This document shows positions 46,931 to 61,799 of a stretch of 64,000 bases of DNA, piece after piece. Made by a program: the position numbers and the translations under genes. Source of the DNA: the human T2T-CHM13v2.0 reference genome, Homo sapiens. Where the stretch lies: the NCBI RefSeq assembly GCF_009914755.1, contig NC_060929.1. One strand, written 5' to 3'. The notes beneath the pieces are model-generated. The model ran no database searches and was not told where the DNA came from. It saw only the letters and a program-made list of their open reading frames with translations. Within the stretch, counting starts at the first letter, position 1. Each line of letters begins with the position of its first letter.

Positions 46931-47533
46931 GGGTTTATGGGAGAAAAAAGAGGGAAAACCAGGGATACAAGGAAAAACTGATGACAACTTTTTCAAATCT
47001 TTTTTCTCAAATTCCCTTCTAGTTCTCCTGTACAGCACAGGTAGCCCAATAATGACCCTCTATATCTTCCTGACCTTGGCAGAAAAAAAAAAAATCTCCA
47101 TTTTTAAACTTGGAATGAGAAAGAAATGGTGACTGACAATTGATTGAAATTGAATTCCATAATATTTCACCTAAACCCTTTTTCATCTGAGATGTGGAGA
47201 TTTGAAAAATAAATAAATGAACCTCTTATATTTTTCTCACTTTTAAGTTGTCTAATAAGAAAAATTTTTCAGTCATTTCTATGTGTTTTTACAAGTATCA
47301 ACTCATTTAACCTTCACAATACCCATACACTATAGGTGCTTCTCATTTGTTTTCATTTCACAGATGAGTAATCACACCATACTGCAGTAATTGTGGTCAA
47401 CTTTTCACAGACCAGGATTCAAGCCCAGGGATCTTTAACCAGTAGGAATCTTACTATACCATGTATAGTATAATGCTTTACATATATTTTAACCTCCTTC
47501 TAGTTTGTAAGTTCCATAAGAGGAGGCTTGATT

Positions 47534-47654
47534 TTTTTTTTTTTTCTTTTGAGACGGAGGTCTTACTCTGTCACGCAGGCTGGCTGGAGTGCAGTGGCGT
47601 GATCTCGGCTCACTGCAAGCTCTGCCTCCTGGGTTCATGCCATTCTCCTGCCTC
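47534..47654 (-). mobile_element. 5'-truncated AluY fragment
   Basis: gcaagctc and ccattctcc AluY diagnostics; 16-bp TSD aagaggaggcttgatt. Confidence 0.92.
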
Positions 47655-47811
47655 AAGAGGAGGCTTGATTCTAATTCTCCCTTTTTTCTGCATCATTGAG
47701 CATGTGTATTATCCGTAACAGGCTTTTAGGTGCTGGATAAATGAGTGAATATTGATTGTGATTGAATTTCTCTTTTCCCCATATGTTTACTCTTAAATAT
47801 ATTCCTTTAGA

Positions 47812-47978
47812 ACCTTGCTATTCAGAGTGTAGTCCCCAAACCAGCAGCACAGGCATCACCTGGGACCCTATGAGGAATTCAGAACCTCAGACCCCACCCA
47901 AGACCTGCTGAATGACAATCTGCATTTTAACACATTTCTCAGATGATTTGTATGCACATTAAAGTTTGAAAAGCATTC
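47812..47978. mobile_element. MER5A-type hAT element
   Basis: ccagcagcacaggcatcacctggg...aatctgcattttaaca...gcacattaaagtttgaaaagc. Confidence 0.85.
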
Positions 47979-48380
47979 TTTAAAGCACGTGGTTAAATTT
48001 AACAAACTTAATCCACTATTTCCACATGGTTCTCTCACCTACCGACATACTTGAGCACCTTGGTTCTGGCCTCTTCAAGTTTATTCTAGGTCTAAGGTTC
48101 TGTGAATTGGCCAGTTCCACAAAAGCTGTTCCTTTTATGAGCACTTGTTTCAATATGACAAGAGCAAGATTATTCAAGGGAAGCATTAGTGGGTAGTGGG
48201 TAGCTAGTACTTTTTTTTTTTTCTTTTGCTTCAAAGTTCTCAACAGCAAGTACACAAGAAGCTCCCCTGTCCCTGGACACACACACAGACTGCACTTCAG
48301 TGGACTGCACTGCAGGTGAGCTGGGAAGCCGCAGCCCAGGTGGAGAAAAGACTAGCAGCCTGTCCCTGGCACAGGGAAGG

Positions 48381-48465
48381 AAGCTGCTCATCATGGTGAC
48401 ATAAAATAAAGCTTCTAAAGTTGCTCATCATGGTGACATAAAATAAAGCTTCTAAAGTAGCTCAT
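48381..48465. repeat. 37-bp tandem repeat, 2.3 copies
   Basis: aag(c/t)tgctcatcatggtgacataaaataaagcttcta twice plus a partial third copy. Confidence 0.95.
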
Positions 48466-49611
48466 ATGTCTCGACCATCAGGAGAGTTTTATAACAACAC
48501 ATCTCATCTTGCCACTCTCATCTCTAGACTCTGCGGCACCTGGCTGTGAAAACTTTTAAATAAAGGAAGCATTGATATGGTGCATCCAAGGCAATGCTTT
48601 TGAGAGAATCTAAAGAGCAGTTTGTGATCCCAAGATCAGGGCATCTCTTTTTAAGAGCTGATATTACCATATGAATAATAAAAAGAAAGTACTCCCTTAG
48701 CATAAAAGAAGATGAGATCACTGCGGATCCCCACTTCGGAAAATGAATATCAGTCCCATTCCAAAAATGGTATAGGAAAATTGAACTTTAAAGAAACGAA
48801 CAACTTTCAGGTGATCTAATCTACTGCACCTTCAGAATGCAACAAATCTAGATTAGGGTTTGACTGTACTAGACTTTTTGTTTTAAGATTTTAATTTCTA
48901 CCTATATAAAAAAAATTGGTGGGGGAATTGTTGTAATTAACATGCTATCCTCAATCTGTAATATAAACAGAGGATGCTGATACCACATTGGTAGAGGGCA
49001 TTTCTGAGTATTTTAAACCTCAAACTTTGGTTTTAAACAGTACTTGATTCCGGTCACATTTAACTGAGGGCTTTTGCTTCTGGCCAAGATAGAGTAACAG
49101 GGATAGAATGTATCATCCCTCCAGAAACAACCAAAAACTAGACAAAATATATAAAATAATGGTTCTCAAGATGTAGGATGTGAGGCAACAAAGGACAGAA
49201 ATCCCTGAGAAATACAAAACAAGTGAAGTGAGCCCTACCATCACCAGCTTACTTCCTGGAAGGAGATTTTAGGCTGCAGCACCTGAAGAGAGAACCCAGG
49301 TAGAGCTTGGTAGTCTCCCTGAGTTGAGGTGACAAGGCTAAAAGTATGAGGAGGCTGCTCTCCAGGGCAGAGTGCCAGAAAAGAGGGCTGCGCATAGAGA
49401 AGACTCTGAAGATCTTCAGAAGGACCCCTTTGCATGTTCAACTGAGTACTGACCAATACAGGTATATGAGGAAACTACCAGAGGCCAGGGAAAGAACCAT
49501 CCAAAACTATTAGAGAATAGAAACTCACAGTTTATGCAGGACAGGGAAAAGTGCCTGTTTCCATTAGATAGAATGGAAAATCCTGTAACACACAGGATAT
49601 AGGATAAACTA

Positions 49612-50213
49612 CCATATTAGTTTTCTATTGCTGTGTAACAATGAACCATGAATTTAGCAGCTTAAAAACAATACCCCATTTATTATTTCACAGTTCTGCA
49701 GATCAATAGTTTAGGCAAGTTTGACAAGATTCTCTGTTCAAGGTCTAAATCAAGCTGTCAGTTAAGTTGGGCTCTTGTCTGGAGGCTCTGGAGAAGACTC
49801 TTTCTGCATTCATTCTTGTTATTGACAGAACTCAATTTCTTGTGGCTGTAAGAATGAAGTCCCTATTTTCTTTTGGCCATTGGTCATGGATTGCTCTCAC
49901 TCCTAGAGGCCACTCTCAGCTCTCAGATTCTTTCCCCGTGACCCCTTTCACATTCAAGGCAATGACACCTCAAGTCTCCCTGGTGTTTAGAATATTTGAC
50001 CTACTCTTCTGCAATCGTCCAGAGAACAGAATCTGCTTTTTAAAATACAGCCTAGGCCCACAAGATAATCTCCTTATCTTAAAAATCAACTGATTAATAA
50101 TATTAGTTACATGTGCAAAATCTCTTTTTCCAGCCATGTGGAAAAAAAGTCATTTAAAAAAGTCATGTTAATACCCAGGGGAAAATACAGGGATTATCTT
50201 AGAACTCTACCAA
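49612..50213 (-). mobile_element. MLT1E-like MaLR LTR
   Basis: tattagttttctattgctgtgtaacaa...tctggaggctctgg...ataatctccttatcttaaaaatcaactg. Confidence 0.8.
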
Positions 50214-51424
50214 CTAAAAGTACTTAGAAGAGCCTTGCCTCAATAGTTGGATTAAAATTGCTCTCCATGAAATATGGTCCTGAACTGTATTAACAAAGTT
50301 TAAAAGCAAGACCCAAAAAAATCAAACTATTTCTAAATAACTTAACCATCATAACTTAACCATTCCAGGACAAAACTCTACAACACCTATGGGAATGCAA
50401 AAATAACGAGCAGCCAAAAAAGTAAAATTCACAATGTCAGGTATTTAATAAAAAATTACCAGGCATGCAAAGCAGCAGGAATAGGTGACCCACAATGAGG
50501 AGATAAATAAAACAATAAAACTCAACTCAAAACTGACAGCAGTGATAGAATTAGTAGACAAAGATCTTACCATAAATATTACATTTATAATATAATAATA
50601 TATATAACGGTCAAAAAGATAGAGGAAAGACTAATCATGTTAAGTGGAAGCATGGAAGATATTTTTAAAAGACATACAATAATCTTTTAGAGATGAAAAT
50701 ACATTATGTGGGATTGATGTCAGATTAGACATTGCAGAAGAAAAGGTAAGTGAACTAAAAGACACACCAATAGAAACTATCTAAAATAAAACACACAGAG
50801 GAGTAGGGAATTAAAATAAATAAATAAACAGAACACCCATGAGTTGTGGGCAAATTCAAATGTCTGCTATATGTATAATTGGAATCCAATCCTCAAAGGT
50901 AGATAGAAGTAATATAAGAAATAATCACTGAAAATTTTACAAATTTGTTGAAAACTATAGACCCACAGGCCCAGGAAGCTCAACCAACCCCAAGGACAAG
51001 AAGCATAAAGAAAATTACACCATGGAATATTATTATGAAATTGCTCAAAATCTGAGTTTTAAAAAACCTTAAAATCAGCCAAAGAAAAAAATTATGACAT
51101 ACACAGGAGCAAATATTAGGATGAAACCATATTTTTCATCAGAAATAATGCAAATGAGAAGATAATGGAGCAACATCTCTAAAGTACTGAAAAAATAATT
51201 GTCAACATAGAATTTTACACAACAGTAAAAAATATTTTTTAAAAGTGAAGATGAAATACTTTTTTAGATGTACAGTGGCTGATCCATTGTTATCAGATCT
51301 GCACAACAAGAAATGTTAAGAAAATCTTTCAGTCACAAGGAAAATGATACCAGATAGAAATATGTATCTACACAAAGGAATGAAAAACATTTGAAATAAC
51401 TACATGGGTAAATATGATTTATTT

Positions 51425-51739
51425 CTTTTTTTATATTATTTTTATTTTAAAAATTTATTTCTAGAGATAGGGTCTCACTCTGTCACCCAGGTTAGAGTGC
51501 AGTGGTGATCATAGCCTCAAACTCCTGGGCTCAAGCAATCCTACTTCCTCAGCCTCTCAAGTAGCTGTGACTACAGGTACGTACCACCATTTTTTAAATG
51601 GTTAATTTTTAAATTTTTTGTAGAAACAGGATCTCGCTATGTTGCTCAGGCTGGTCTCCAACTCCTGGCCTCAAGCAATCCCTCTGCCTCTGTCGCCCAA
51701 AGCACTGGGATTGTAGACTTGAGTAACAGAGACTGGCTT
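51425..51739 (-). mobile_element. AluJ
   Basis: Diverged dimeric Alu with J-type diagnostics. Confidence 0.9.
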
Positions 51740-51794
51740 AGGATTTATTTATTATTATTGGGATGCCTTTTAAAAATAATTGGCTATTTAGAAC

Positions 51795-52016
51795 AAAGAT
51801 AAATAAACTTTTTTTCTAGGAAGAGCCAGATTGTAAATATTTTATGCACTGTGGTTCACACAGTTTTTGTGACAACTACTCAACTGTACTGTTATATCAT
51901 AAAAGCATTCATTAAAATATGTGAATAAATTGATATAGCTGTGTTACAGTAAAATTTTATTTACCAAAACAGTTTGCAGGCAGGTTTGGTCATTGGGCCT
52001 TAAATTGCCAATCTCA
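51795..52016 (-). mobile_element. MER58A-like hAT element
   Basis: gccagattgtaaatatttta...acaactactcaact...aaaattttatttaccaaaacag. Confidence 0.82.
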
Positions 52017-53314
52017 AAGTTAAAGAAAAAACAATAATAAATATAGCGTGAGAATTATAATATAGGTAGAAGAAAAAGGTATGACAAATATAGCATAAAG
52101 GCCAGAAGGTGAAAGCTGGACATATGCTATTGTTCTTATAGCATATGTAAAGCAGAACAATGTTACTTGAAGGTAAACTGTGCTAAGTTAACTATTTAAG
52201 TATATTACAAATCCTAAAGCAACTGCTAAAAAAACAAAGAATTATAGTTAATACACAATTAAGGAAATTAAAAATGAAAATGTAGAATCATAAGTAAAAT
52301 TCAAAAGAAAGCAACAAAAAGCAAGAGGGAACAAAGAACAAGTGAAACAAACAGGAAACAAATATCAAGAAAATACAACACACTGATTAAAATGTCAATG
52401 ACGATAATGGAAGAGAGGATAATACACAAGGTCAGATGCGTAATGTTAGTGGAGAGATGAAAACTGTAAAAAAGAATCAAGTAGAAATGCTAGAAATAGA
52501 AACACAATCGTAGATGAAGAATGCCTCCCACATGCTCATCAGTAGACTTGACACAACTGAGACAAAGAAAAAAGGGAACCAAGATAAGTCCATATAAATA
52601 ACTCAAACAAAAACACAAAGAAAAAAATAGAGAAAACAGGAGCTATAGAATATTATCAAATAGTCTAATTAAAATGAATGATAGACTCTAAATCACATAT
52701 CCAAAAAGCTTGGAAAATACCAAGTAGGACACCAAACTGCTGAAAAACCATGACAAAGAAAAAAAATTTTGAAAGCAGCACATAAAGTATAGAGAAACAA
52801 AGACAAGAATTAGAGCAGACTTCTCACCAGAAACCATGGAAGCCAAAAGATAATGCACTGATGTCTTTAAAGGGCTGGAAAACAAAACAAACAAAAACAG
52901 ATAAAAAACCCACTGTCAATTAAGAATTCTAAACTCAGAGGAAGAAGAAAAAAGAGGAAATAAAGGTATTTTCATACAAACAAAAGCTGAGCCGAATTAT
53001 TGCCATTAGATCTTCACTAAAACAAATGTTAAAGGAAATTTTTTAGTAGAAAACGTATAACACCAGACAGAAATTTGGATCTACACAAAGAAATGATGCG
53101 CACTGGATGTAGAATAAATGAAGAAAATATAAATTTTATTTGCTTTACTTATAATTAGAACAGAGATGAATAAACTTTTTTCTAGGAAGAGTCAGATTGT
53201 AAATATTTTATGCATTGTGGTTCATACAGTCTTTGTGACAACTACTCAACTGTAGTATACTAAAATGTAACTACAAAAAGCAAAAATAATAGTAACATTT
53301 TGTGCATTTAAAGC

Positions 53315-53378
53315 ACACATAAAATTAAAATATATGACAACAAAAAAGGACACATAAAAGTAAAATATATGACAACAA
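53315..53378. repeat. Tandem duplication with 35-bp period
   Basis: acacataaaa(t/g)taaaatatatgacaacaa twice. Confidence 0.88.
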
Positions 53379-53492
53379 TGATACAAAAGATAAGATGAGG
53401 AATTGGGAATATACAGTTATAAGATCCTTATACCACAGGTAAAATGGTATAATACTATTTTAACTCTGATTAATTAAATATGTACATTGTAA

Positions 53493-53812
<320 letters not shown>

Positions 53813-54317
53813 AAAAAGGATTCTTAAAAGTGATATAAATAGCAAACCAATAGTGGAGATGAAAGGGAGTCATAAAATGCAATCAATCAAAAATAAGAGA
53901 AAAATAATAAATGATACAAACAAGAAACATTTAGCAAAATGGTAGATTTAAAATTAGCCATATTGGCAATGACATTAACTGTGAACTATCTAAACACACC
54001 AATAAAAAGACAGAGATTATTCAACTAGATAAAAGTCAAAGCAAGACCCAACTACATGATGTCTATGATAAACCAACTTTAAATATAAATTAACTGATAG
54101 GTTAAAAGTAAAAGAATGGAAATATAGATGGCATACAAACACTAATAAAAAGAAAGCTGGGGAAGCCATATTGATATCGAGAAAAGTAGACTTAAGGATA
54201 AGGAATATTATAGAGGATAAAGTGGAACAATACTTAAGAATAAAACGGTCAATTTTCTACAGAGACATAACAATCCTAAAGACATATTTACCTAATAACA
54301 GGATTTAAAAATACCTA

Positions 54318-54631
54318 GGCCAGATGTAGTGGCTCGCCCCTGTAATCCCAGCACTTTGGGAGGCCAAGGTGGGAAGATTGCTTAAGACCAGGTGTTTGAG
54401 ACCAGCCTGGGCAACATAGCCAGACCCTGTCTCTACAAAAAAATTCTTAAAAATTAGCCAGGCATGGTGTCACACACCTGTACTTTTAGCTACTTGAGAG
54501 GCTGAGGCAGGAGGACTGCCAGAGCCTAGGAATTTGAGGTTGCTGTGAGATATGATTGTGGCACTACACTCCAGCCTGAGTGACAAAGTGAGAACCTGTC
54601 TCTTAAAAAAAATAAAAATGTGCAAATAAGA
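54318..54631 (+). mobile_element. AluJ
   Basis: Dimeric Alu; TSD taaaaataccta. Confidence 0.93.
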
Positions 54632-55054
54632 TAAAAATACCTAAAGGAGAAACAGACAAATCCACAATTATATTTGAAGTTGCCAACACTCTTCTTTCAG
54701 AAATTGGTAGACAAAGTAGACAAAAAATAAGTAAGGATATAGAAGAGTTGAGCAATACAGTTAACCAACTTGACCTAGCTGACATTTATAGATCAATCCA
54801 AGAACAGCAGGATACACACTTTTCTCAAGTACACATGGAATATTCATCAAGACAGACTATCTTCTGTGCCATAAAACAAACCTTGACAAATCTGAAAGAA
54901 ATAGAAATTATACAATATATGTTCTCTAAACATAGCTCAATTAAACTAGAAATCAAAAACAGAATAACATCCAGAAAATCATCAAATATTTGGAAATTAA
55001 ACAATATACTTCTAAATAACCCATGAATCAAAGAAGAAGTTTCTTTGAGCATGA

Positions 55055-55900
55055 CAACCAGGGTCCTGAGAATCAATCCACCCCACCCACTGCAGCCTGT
55101 ACCTATGTGCACCATAGGGAAGCCTGAGGACAGGCCAATGCCACTCACAGCCTTCAGCAGTGGTGACCATGCATGCCATCCAGGGGCCTGAGGATAGACT
55201 TGCCTGGTTCATTGCCACCACCACTGCAACCCCAGCATACGATCTGAGGAGCTGGGGATTGATTCATTCCGCCACTGAAGCTGGCACCCACACACACCAT
55301 CAGGGAGCATGATGACAAGCATGCCTCACCCACTACCACTACTGCCAGTGCCCATGAATGTTATTCAGGGCCCTTAGGATCTATCCATCCCACTTACCAC
55401 CACACGTACCCACATGCACCATCAGAAGGCTGGAGAATAGGCCTATTCCACCTGCAACCACTGGTGCCAGCACATACCTTCTGGGGGCCTGAGAATGGAC
55501 CTATCCTATCTGATGCCACCAACTAGATGCACATTCCTGGGGCCCAAGGACTAGCTTGCACAGCCTGCCACCACCACTGCCACCAGCACCCCCTTACCTG
55601 GAGACTGGCCTGCCCACCATACCAGTGCCACTGCTGGCACCCACACATGTCACTCAGGGCATGAAGTCTAGCCCACTGCCACTCCTGCCATAGCCAACAC
55701 CATGAACACCACCCAAGGGCACAAGAACCCACTCATTTGCCTGCTTGGCCCACTGGTGTCACTGGCAGCACCCAAGCAACCTGCCTGGAAGTCCAAGAAC
55801 TGGCCTACTCAAACCTGCTACCACTGATGCCAGCATACACTGGCCAGGAGACTAAAGACCAGCACACCAGGCCTGCCACCACTACTAGTGCTCAAACATT
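55055..55900 (+). repeat. Degenerate ~60-bp tandem array in the L1MA 5' UTR
   Basis: Roughly 14 recurrences of a gggcctgagga(c/t)aggcc...ccaccaccactgc...gcaccca-like unit. Confidence 0.8.
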
Positions 55901-58900
55901 AGCCAACCTGGCATCCCCATCCCACCAAAATGCCATCACAGCCTCCACTAACATGCACAGCCTAAACCACTAAGGAACTCAAACACCACTGATGCTGATT
56001 CCAGTTGAAGAAGTCATATGGAGACTATACTACTGCTACCCAGAATCAAAGCCAAAGTACCATACTTAACCAACACTATAGATATACCTACAGGAAAAGT
56101 CTTTTCCTGAAAAAGCCAATCCATAAAATTCAAAAAAGTGATTATTATATCAGATGCATAGATATCTTGTGTAAGGACAAAAGAAACATGAAAGAGCCAG
56201 GAAACATGACACCTTCAAAGGGACATAGTCATTCTCCAATAACAGATCCCAAAGAAAAGGAAATCTATGAAATGTCTGAAAAAGAATTCAAAATAATGAT
56301 ATTAAAGAAATTCAGTGATATGTAAAAGAACAAGACAAATAATACAAAGAAATCAGAAAAACAATTCAGGATATGAATGAGAAATTTACCAAAGAGCTAG
56401 ATATCATAAAAAAGAACCAAACAGAAAGTCTGGAACTGAAAAACTCATTAATGAAATAAAAATGCATTCAAAAGTTTCAACAGTAGACTAGGTAAAGCAG
56501 AAGAAAGAATTTCTGAACTCAAAGATAGGTCTTTTGAAACAATACAGTCAGACAGAAATAAAGAATAAAAAAGAATGAACGAAGCCTATATCTTATATGG
56601 GACACCATAAAGTGACCACATATTCAATTTTTTGGTGTCCCAGAAGGCAAAGAGAACAACCAAATGGATAGAAAACTGATTTAACAAAATAGTAGCTGAA
56701 AAGTTACATAGTCTTGCAAGAGATTTAGACAGCTAGATACAGGGAAGCTCAGAGATCCTCAAATAGATGCAATTCAAAAAGATCTTCCCCGTGGCACATT
56801 ATAATCAGACTGTCAAAAGTCAAAGACAAAGTGAGAATTCTAAATACATCAAAATAAAAGTGCCTAGTCACTTATAAGGAACCCCATTAGAATAACAGTG
56901 GTTTTCTCAGCAGAAACTTTACAAGCCATAAGAGAATGATATATGTTCAAAATGCTGAATGAAAAAAAGAAGCTGCCAGGGAAGAAGACTATACTCAGAA
57001 TAAATAAAGTATTTCCCAGACAAGCAAAAGCTGAATTCATCACTACAGACCAACCCTACAAGAAATGTTTAATACAGTCCTACACCTTGAAGTAAAAGGA
57101 CAAATTCCACTATCATGAAAACACACAAAAGTATAAAACCCACTCACTGGTAGAGCAAACCAACAAATAAGGAAAAGAAAAGATTCAAATGGTACCACTA
57201 TGGAAAATGACCAAAACGCAATAATAAACAAGAAGATTGGAAAAAAAGAAACAAATGATATACAAAACAACCAGTAATCAATAAAATGACAGGAATAAGC
57301 ATTCACATATCAATAACCTTGAATGTAAACAGACTAAACTCATAACAATTCTATGTACCCAATACTGGACCACCCAGGTACATTGAGCAAGTATTATTAG
57401 ATTTATAGGGAGAGATTCACCCCAATACGAAAATAGCTGGGGACTTTGACACCTTACTCTCAGCAATAGACAGATCATCTAGACAGAATTAACAAGGAAA
57501 CATTGGATTTAAATTGGACCTTAGACCAAAAGACCTGGCAGACATTTACAGAATAGTTTAACTGCCACAGACTACATATTCTCCTCATTAGCACACAGAG
57601 CATTCTCCAGGGTAGACCATATGTTAGGCCACAAAACAAGTCTCAAAAATTTTTTTAAAATTTGAAATCATATCAAGTATTTTCTCAGACCACAATGAAA
57701 TAAAACTAGAAATCAATAACAAGAGGAACTTCAGAAACTGTACAAATACATGGAAACTAAACATACCTCTGAACAACCACTGGGTCAATGAAGAAAGTAG
57801 TGAGGAAATAAAAAAAATTTCTTGAAACAAATGAAAATAGAAGCACAACGAACCAAAATCTATGGAAGACAGCAAAAGCAGTGCTAAAAGAGAACTTTAT
57901 AGTGATAAACACCTACACCAAAAAGGTAGAAAGATTTCAAATAAATAACCTAACAATGCCCTTAAGGAACTAGAAAAGCAAGAAAAAAACAAACCCAAAA
58001 TTAGCAGAAGGAAAGAAAGATCAGAGCAGAACTACATGAAATAGAGACTTAAAAAAATAAAAACACAAAGAATCAACAAAATGAATGGTTGGTTTTCTGA
58101 AAGATAAACAAAATCAGTAAACCACTACTAGACTAACAAAGAAAAAGAGAAGACTGAAATAAACAAAATAAAAAATAGAAATACAAAAGATCATCAGAGA
58201 CTATCTGAACAACTACATACTACATACACCAACAAACTAGAAACCCTAGAAGAAATAGATAAATTACTAGACACATACAACCTACCAAGATGGAACCAGA
58301 AAGAAATAGAAAACCTGAACAGACCAACATGAAAAATCAAGGAAACATGATGCCATCAAAGGAACACAATAATTATTCAGTAAAAGATCTCCAAGAGAAA
58401 CGAAATTAAAAGTGTTCCAACAAAGAAAAGCCCAGCACCAGATGGCTTCACTGACAAATTCTGCCAAACTTCCAAAAAGAACTAAAACCAATTATCTTCA
58501 AACTATTCCAAACAATAGAAGAGGAGGGAATTCTCCCTAGCTCATTCTATGAGACCAGCATTACCCCGGTATCAAAAAAAAGCAAGGATACAACAAAAAG
58601 AGAAAACTACAGGCAAATAACCCTGATGAACATAGAGGAAAAGAATCCTAAACAAAATACTAGCAAACCAAATCCAATAGCACATCAAAAGTATAATATA
58701 CCATAATCAAGTGGGATTTACCTCCAGGATGCAAGGATAGGTCAACATATACAAATCAATAAAAACATATCGCATCAAGAGAATGAAGGACAAAAACTAC
58801 ATGATCATCTCAATTGGTACAGAAAAATCATTTGATAAGATTCAACATCCCTTTATGATAAAAACTATGATAAGGCATAGATGGAGCATACTTTAACATA

Positions 58901-58924
58901 ATAAAGGTCATATATGAAAAATCC

Positions 58925-59198
<274 letters not shown>

Positions 59199-60506
59199 CT
59201 AAGAACTGGAACAAGGACAAGGATGCCCACTTTCACCACTCCTATTCACATAGTATTGGAAGTCCTAGCCAGAGCAATCAGGCAAGGGAAAGACATAAAA
59301 AAGCATTCAAATTGGAAAAAAGAAATTCAAACTGTTCCTTTTTGCAGATGGCATGATCTTACATCTAGAAAAACTGAAGACTCCACCAAAAAGCTCTTAG
59401 ATCTGATAAATTCAGTAAAGTTGCAGAATATAAAATCAACATACAAAATCAGTAGTATTTCTATACATCATTAATGAGCTAGCTGAAAAAGAAATAAAGA
59501 AGGTAATCCCATTTACAATAACTACCAACAAATAATACCTAGGAATAAGTTTAACAATGAGGTAAAAAGCCTCTCAAGAAAAACTACAAAACACTGATGA
59601 AATAAATTGAAACAATAAACAATGGAAAGACTTCCCATGATCATGAATGGGAAGAATATTGCTAAAATGTCCATACTCCCTAAAGGAATCTACATATTTA
59701 ATGCAATCCCTATCAAAATGCCAGTGTAAGTTTTTTACAGAAATAGAAAAATAATCCTAAAATATGTATGGAACCAAGAAAGAGCCCCAAAAGCCAAAGC
59801 AATCCTGAGCAAAAAGAACAAAGTTGGAGGCATCACACTCCCTGACTTTAAAATAAGTTACTATAGTAACTAAAATAACATAATATTGGTATAAAAAGAT
59901 ACATATACCAGCGGAACAAAATAGAGAATCCAGAATTAAATTTATGCTTTTACAGCAAACCGATTTTCAACAAAGTTACCAAGAATATACCTTGGGGAAA
60001 CGATGGTCTCTTTAATAAATAGTACTGGGGAAATTAGGTATCCATATGCAGGAGAATGAAACTGGACCCCTTTCTCTCACCATATACAAAATTCAGCTCA
60101 AAATGGAGTAAAGACTTAAACATAAGACCCAAAACTATAAAACTACTACAAGAAAACATAGGGTAAATGCTTCAAGACATTGGTCTAAGCGAAGATTTTA
60201 TGGCTAAGACTTTAAAAGCACAGGTAACCAAAACAGAAATAGACAAATGGGACTATATTAAACTAAAAAGCTTCTGCACAGCAAACGAAACAATCCACAG
60301 AGTGAAGAGACAAGTTGTTGAATTGGAGAAAATATTTGCAAATTATTCAGTTGACAAGGAACTAATGTCTAGAATATGCAAGGAACTGAAACAACTCAAC
60401 AGCTGTTCGAAACAAATAATCCCATTTTTAATGGTCAAAGGATATCAATAGACATTTCTCAAAAAAAGACATTCAAGTGGCCAACAGGTATATAAAAGAA
60501 TGTTCA

Positions 60507-60866
<360 letters not shown>

Positions 60867-61799
60867 TCATCTTACCCAAGTTAGAATGGTTGTTATTAAA
60901 AAGACAAGAAATAACGATAACGATGCTGGCAAGAATGTGGAGAAAAGGAAATTCTTATACACTATTGGTGAGAATGTAAATTAGTTCAGCCACTATAGAA
61001 AATAGCATAGTGATTTCCCCCCCAAAAAAAAAAACTAAAGAAAAAGCACTACCATATGATTTAACAATTCCACTACTGGATGTTCATCCAAAGGAAAGGA
61101 AGTCAGCATTATCAAAGGGATACCTGTACCCCCATGTGTATTGCAGCACTATTCACAATAGCAAAGACATAGAATCCACCTAAGTGTCTATCAACCAACA
61201 AACGGATAAAGAAAATGTGATATATTTACACAATGGAATACTATTCTGCCATAAAAAATGAAATCATGTTATTTATAGCAATGTGGATGGAACCAGAGAT
61301 CATTATGTTAACCGAAATAAGCCAAGCACAGAAAAACAAATATTGCATGTTCTCACTCATATGTGGGAGTTGATCTCAAGGAGATAGAGTAAAGAGATGG
61401 TTACCAGATGCTGGGGAGGGGGATGGGGAGATGAAGAACAGTTGGTTAATAGGTATAAACATATAGTTAGACAGAAGAAATAAGTTTCAGTGTTTAACAG
61501 AATAGTAAGGCAACTATAGTTAACAAGGTGTTATATATTTCCAAATAGCTAGAAGATTTGAAATGTTTGCAACACAAAGAAATGATATATCTCTGAAGTG
61601 ATAGATATCCTAATTACCCTGATTTGATCATTACACATCATATGCATGTATCAAAATATTACATGTACCCCATAAATATGTATATTTTTGTGTATCAATG
61701 TAAAGTATATGAATATGTGCACACACAATGTAGAAGTCTCAAGGGAAATATTAACATATTCTGAACTCAATGAAAAGAAAAATATAACATATCATCATT

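Noticed and set aside
55055-55900. ~60-bp array as a CRISPR-like repeat
   Set aside because: Units degenerate along their whole length with no constant repeat/unique spacer pattern; part of the L1MA 5' UTR in a primate genome
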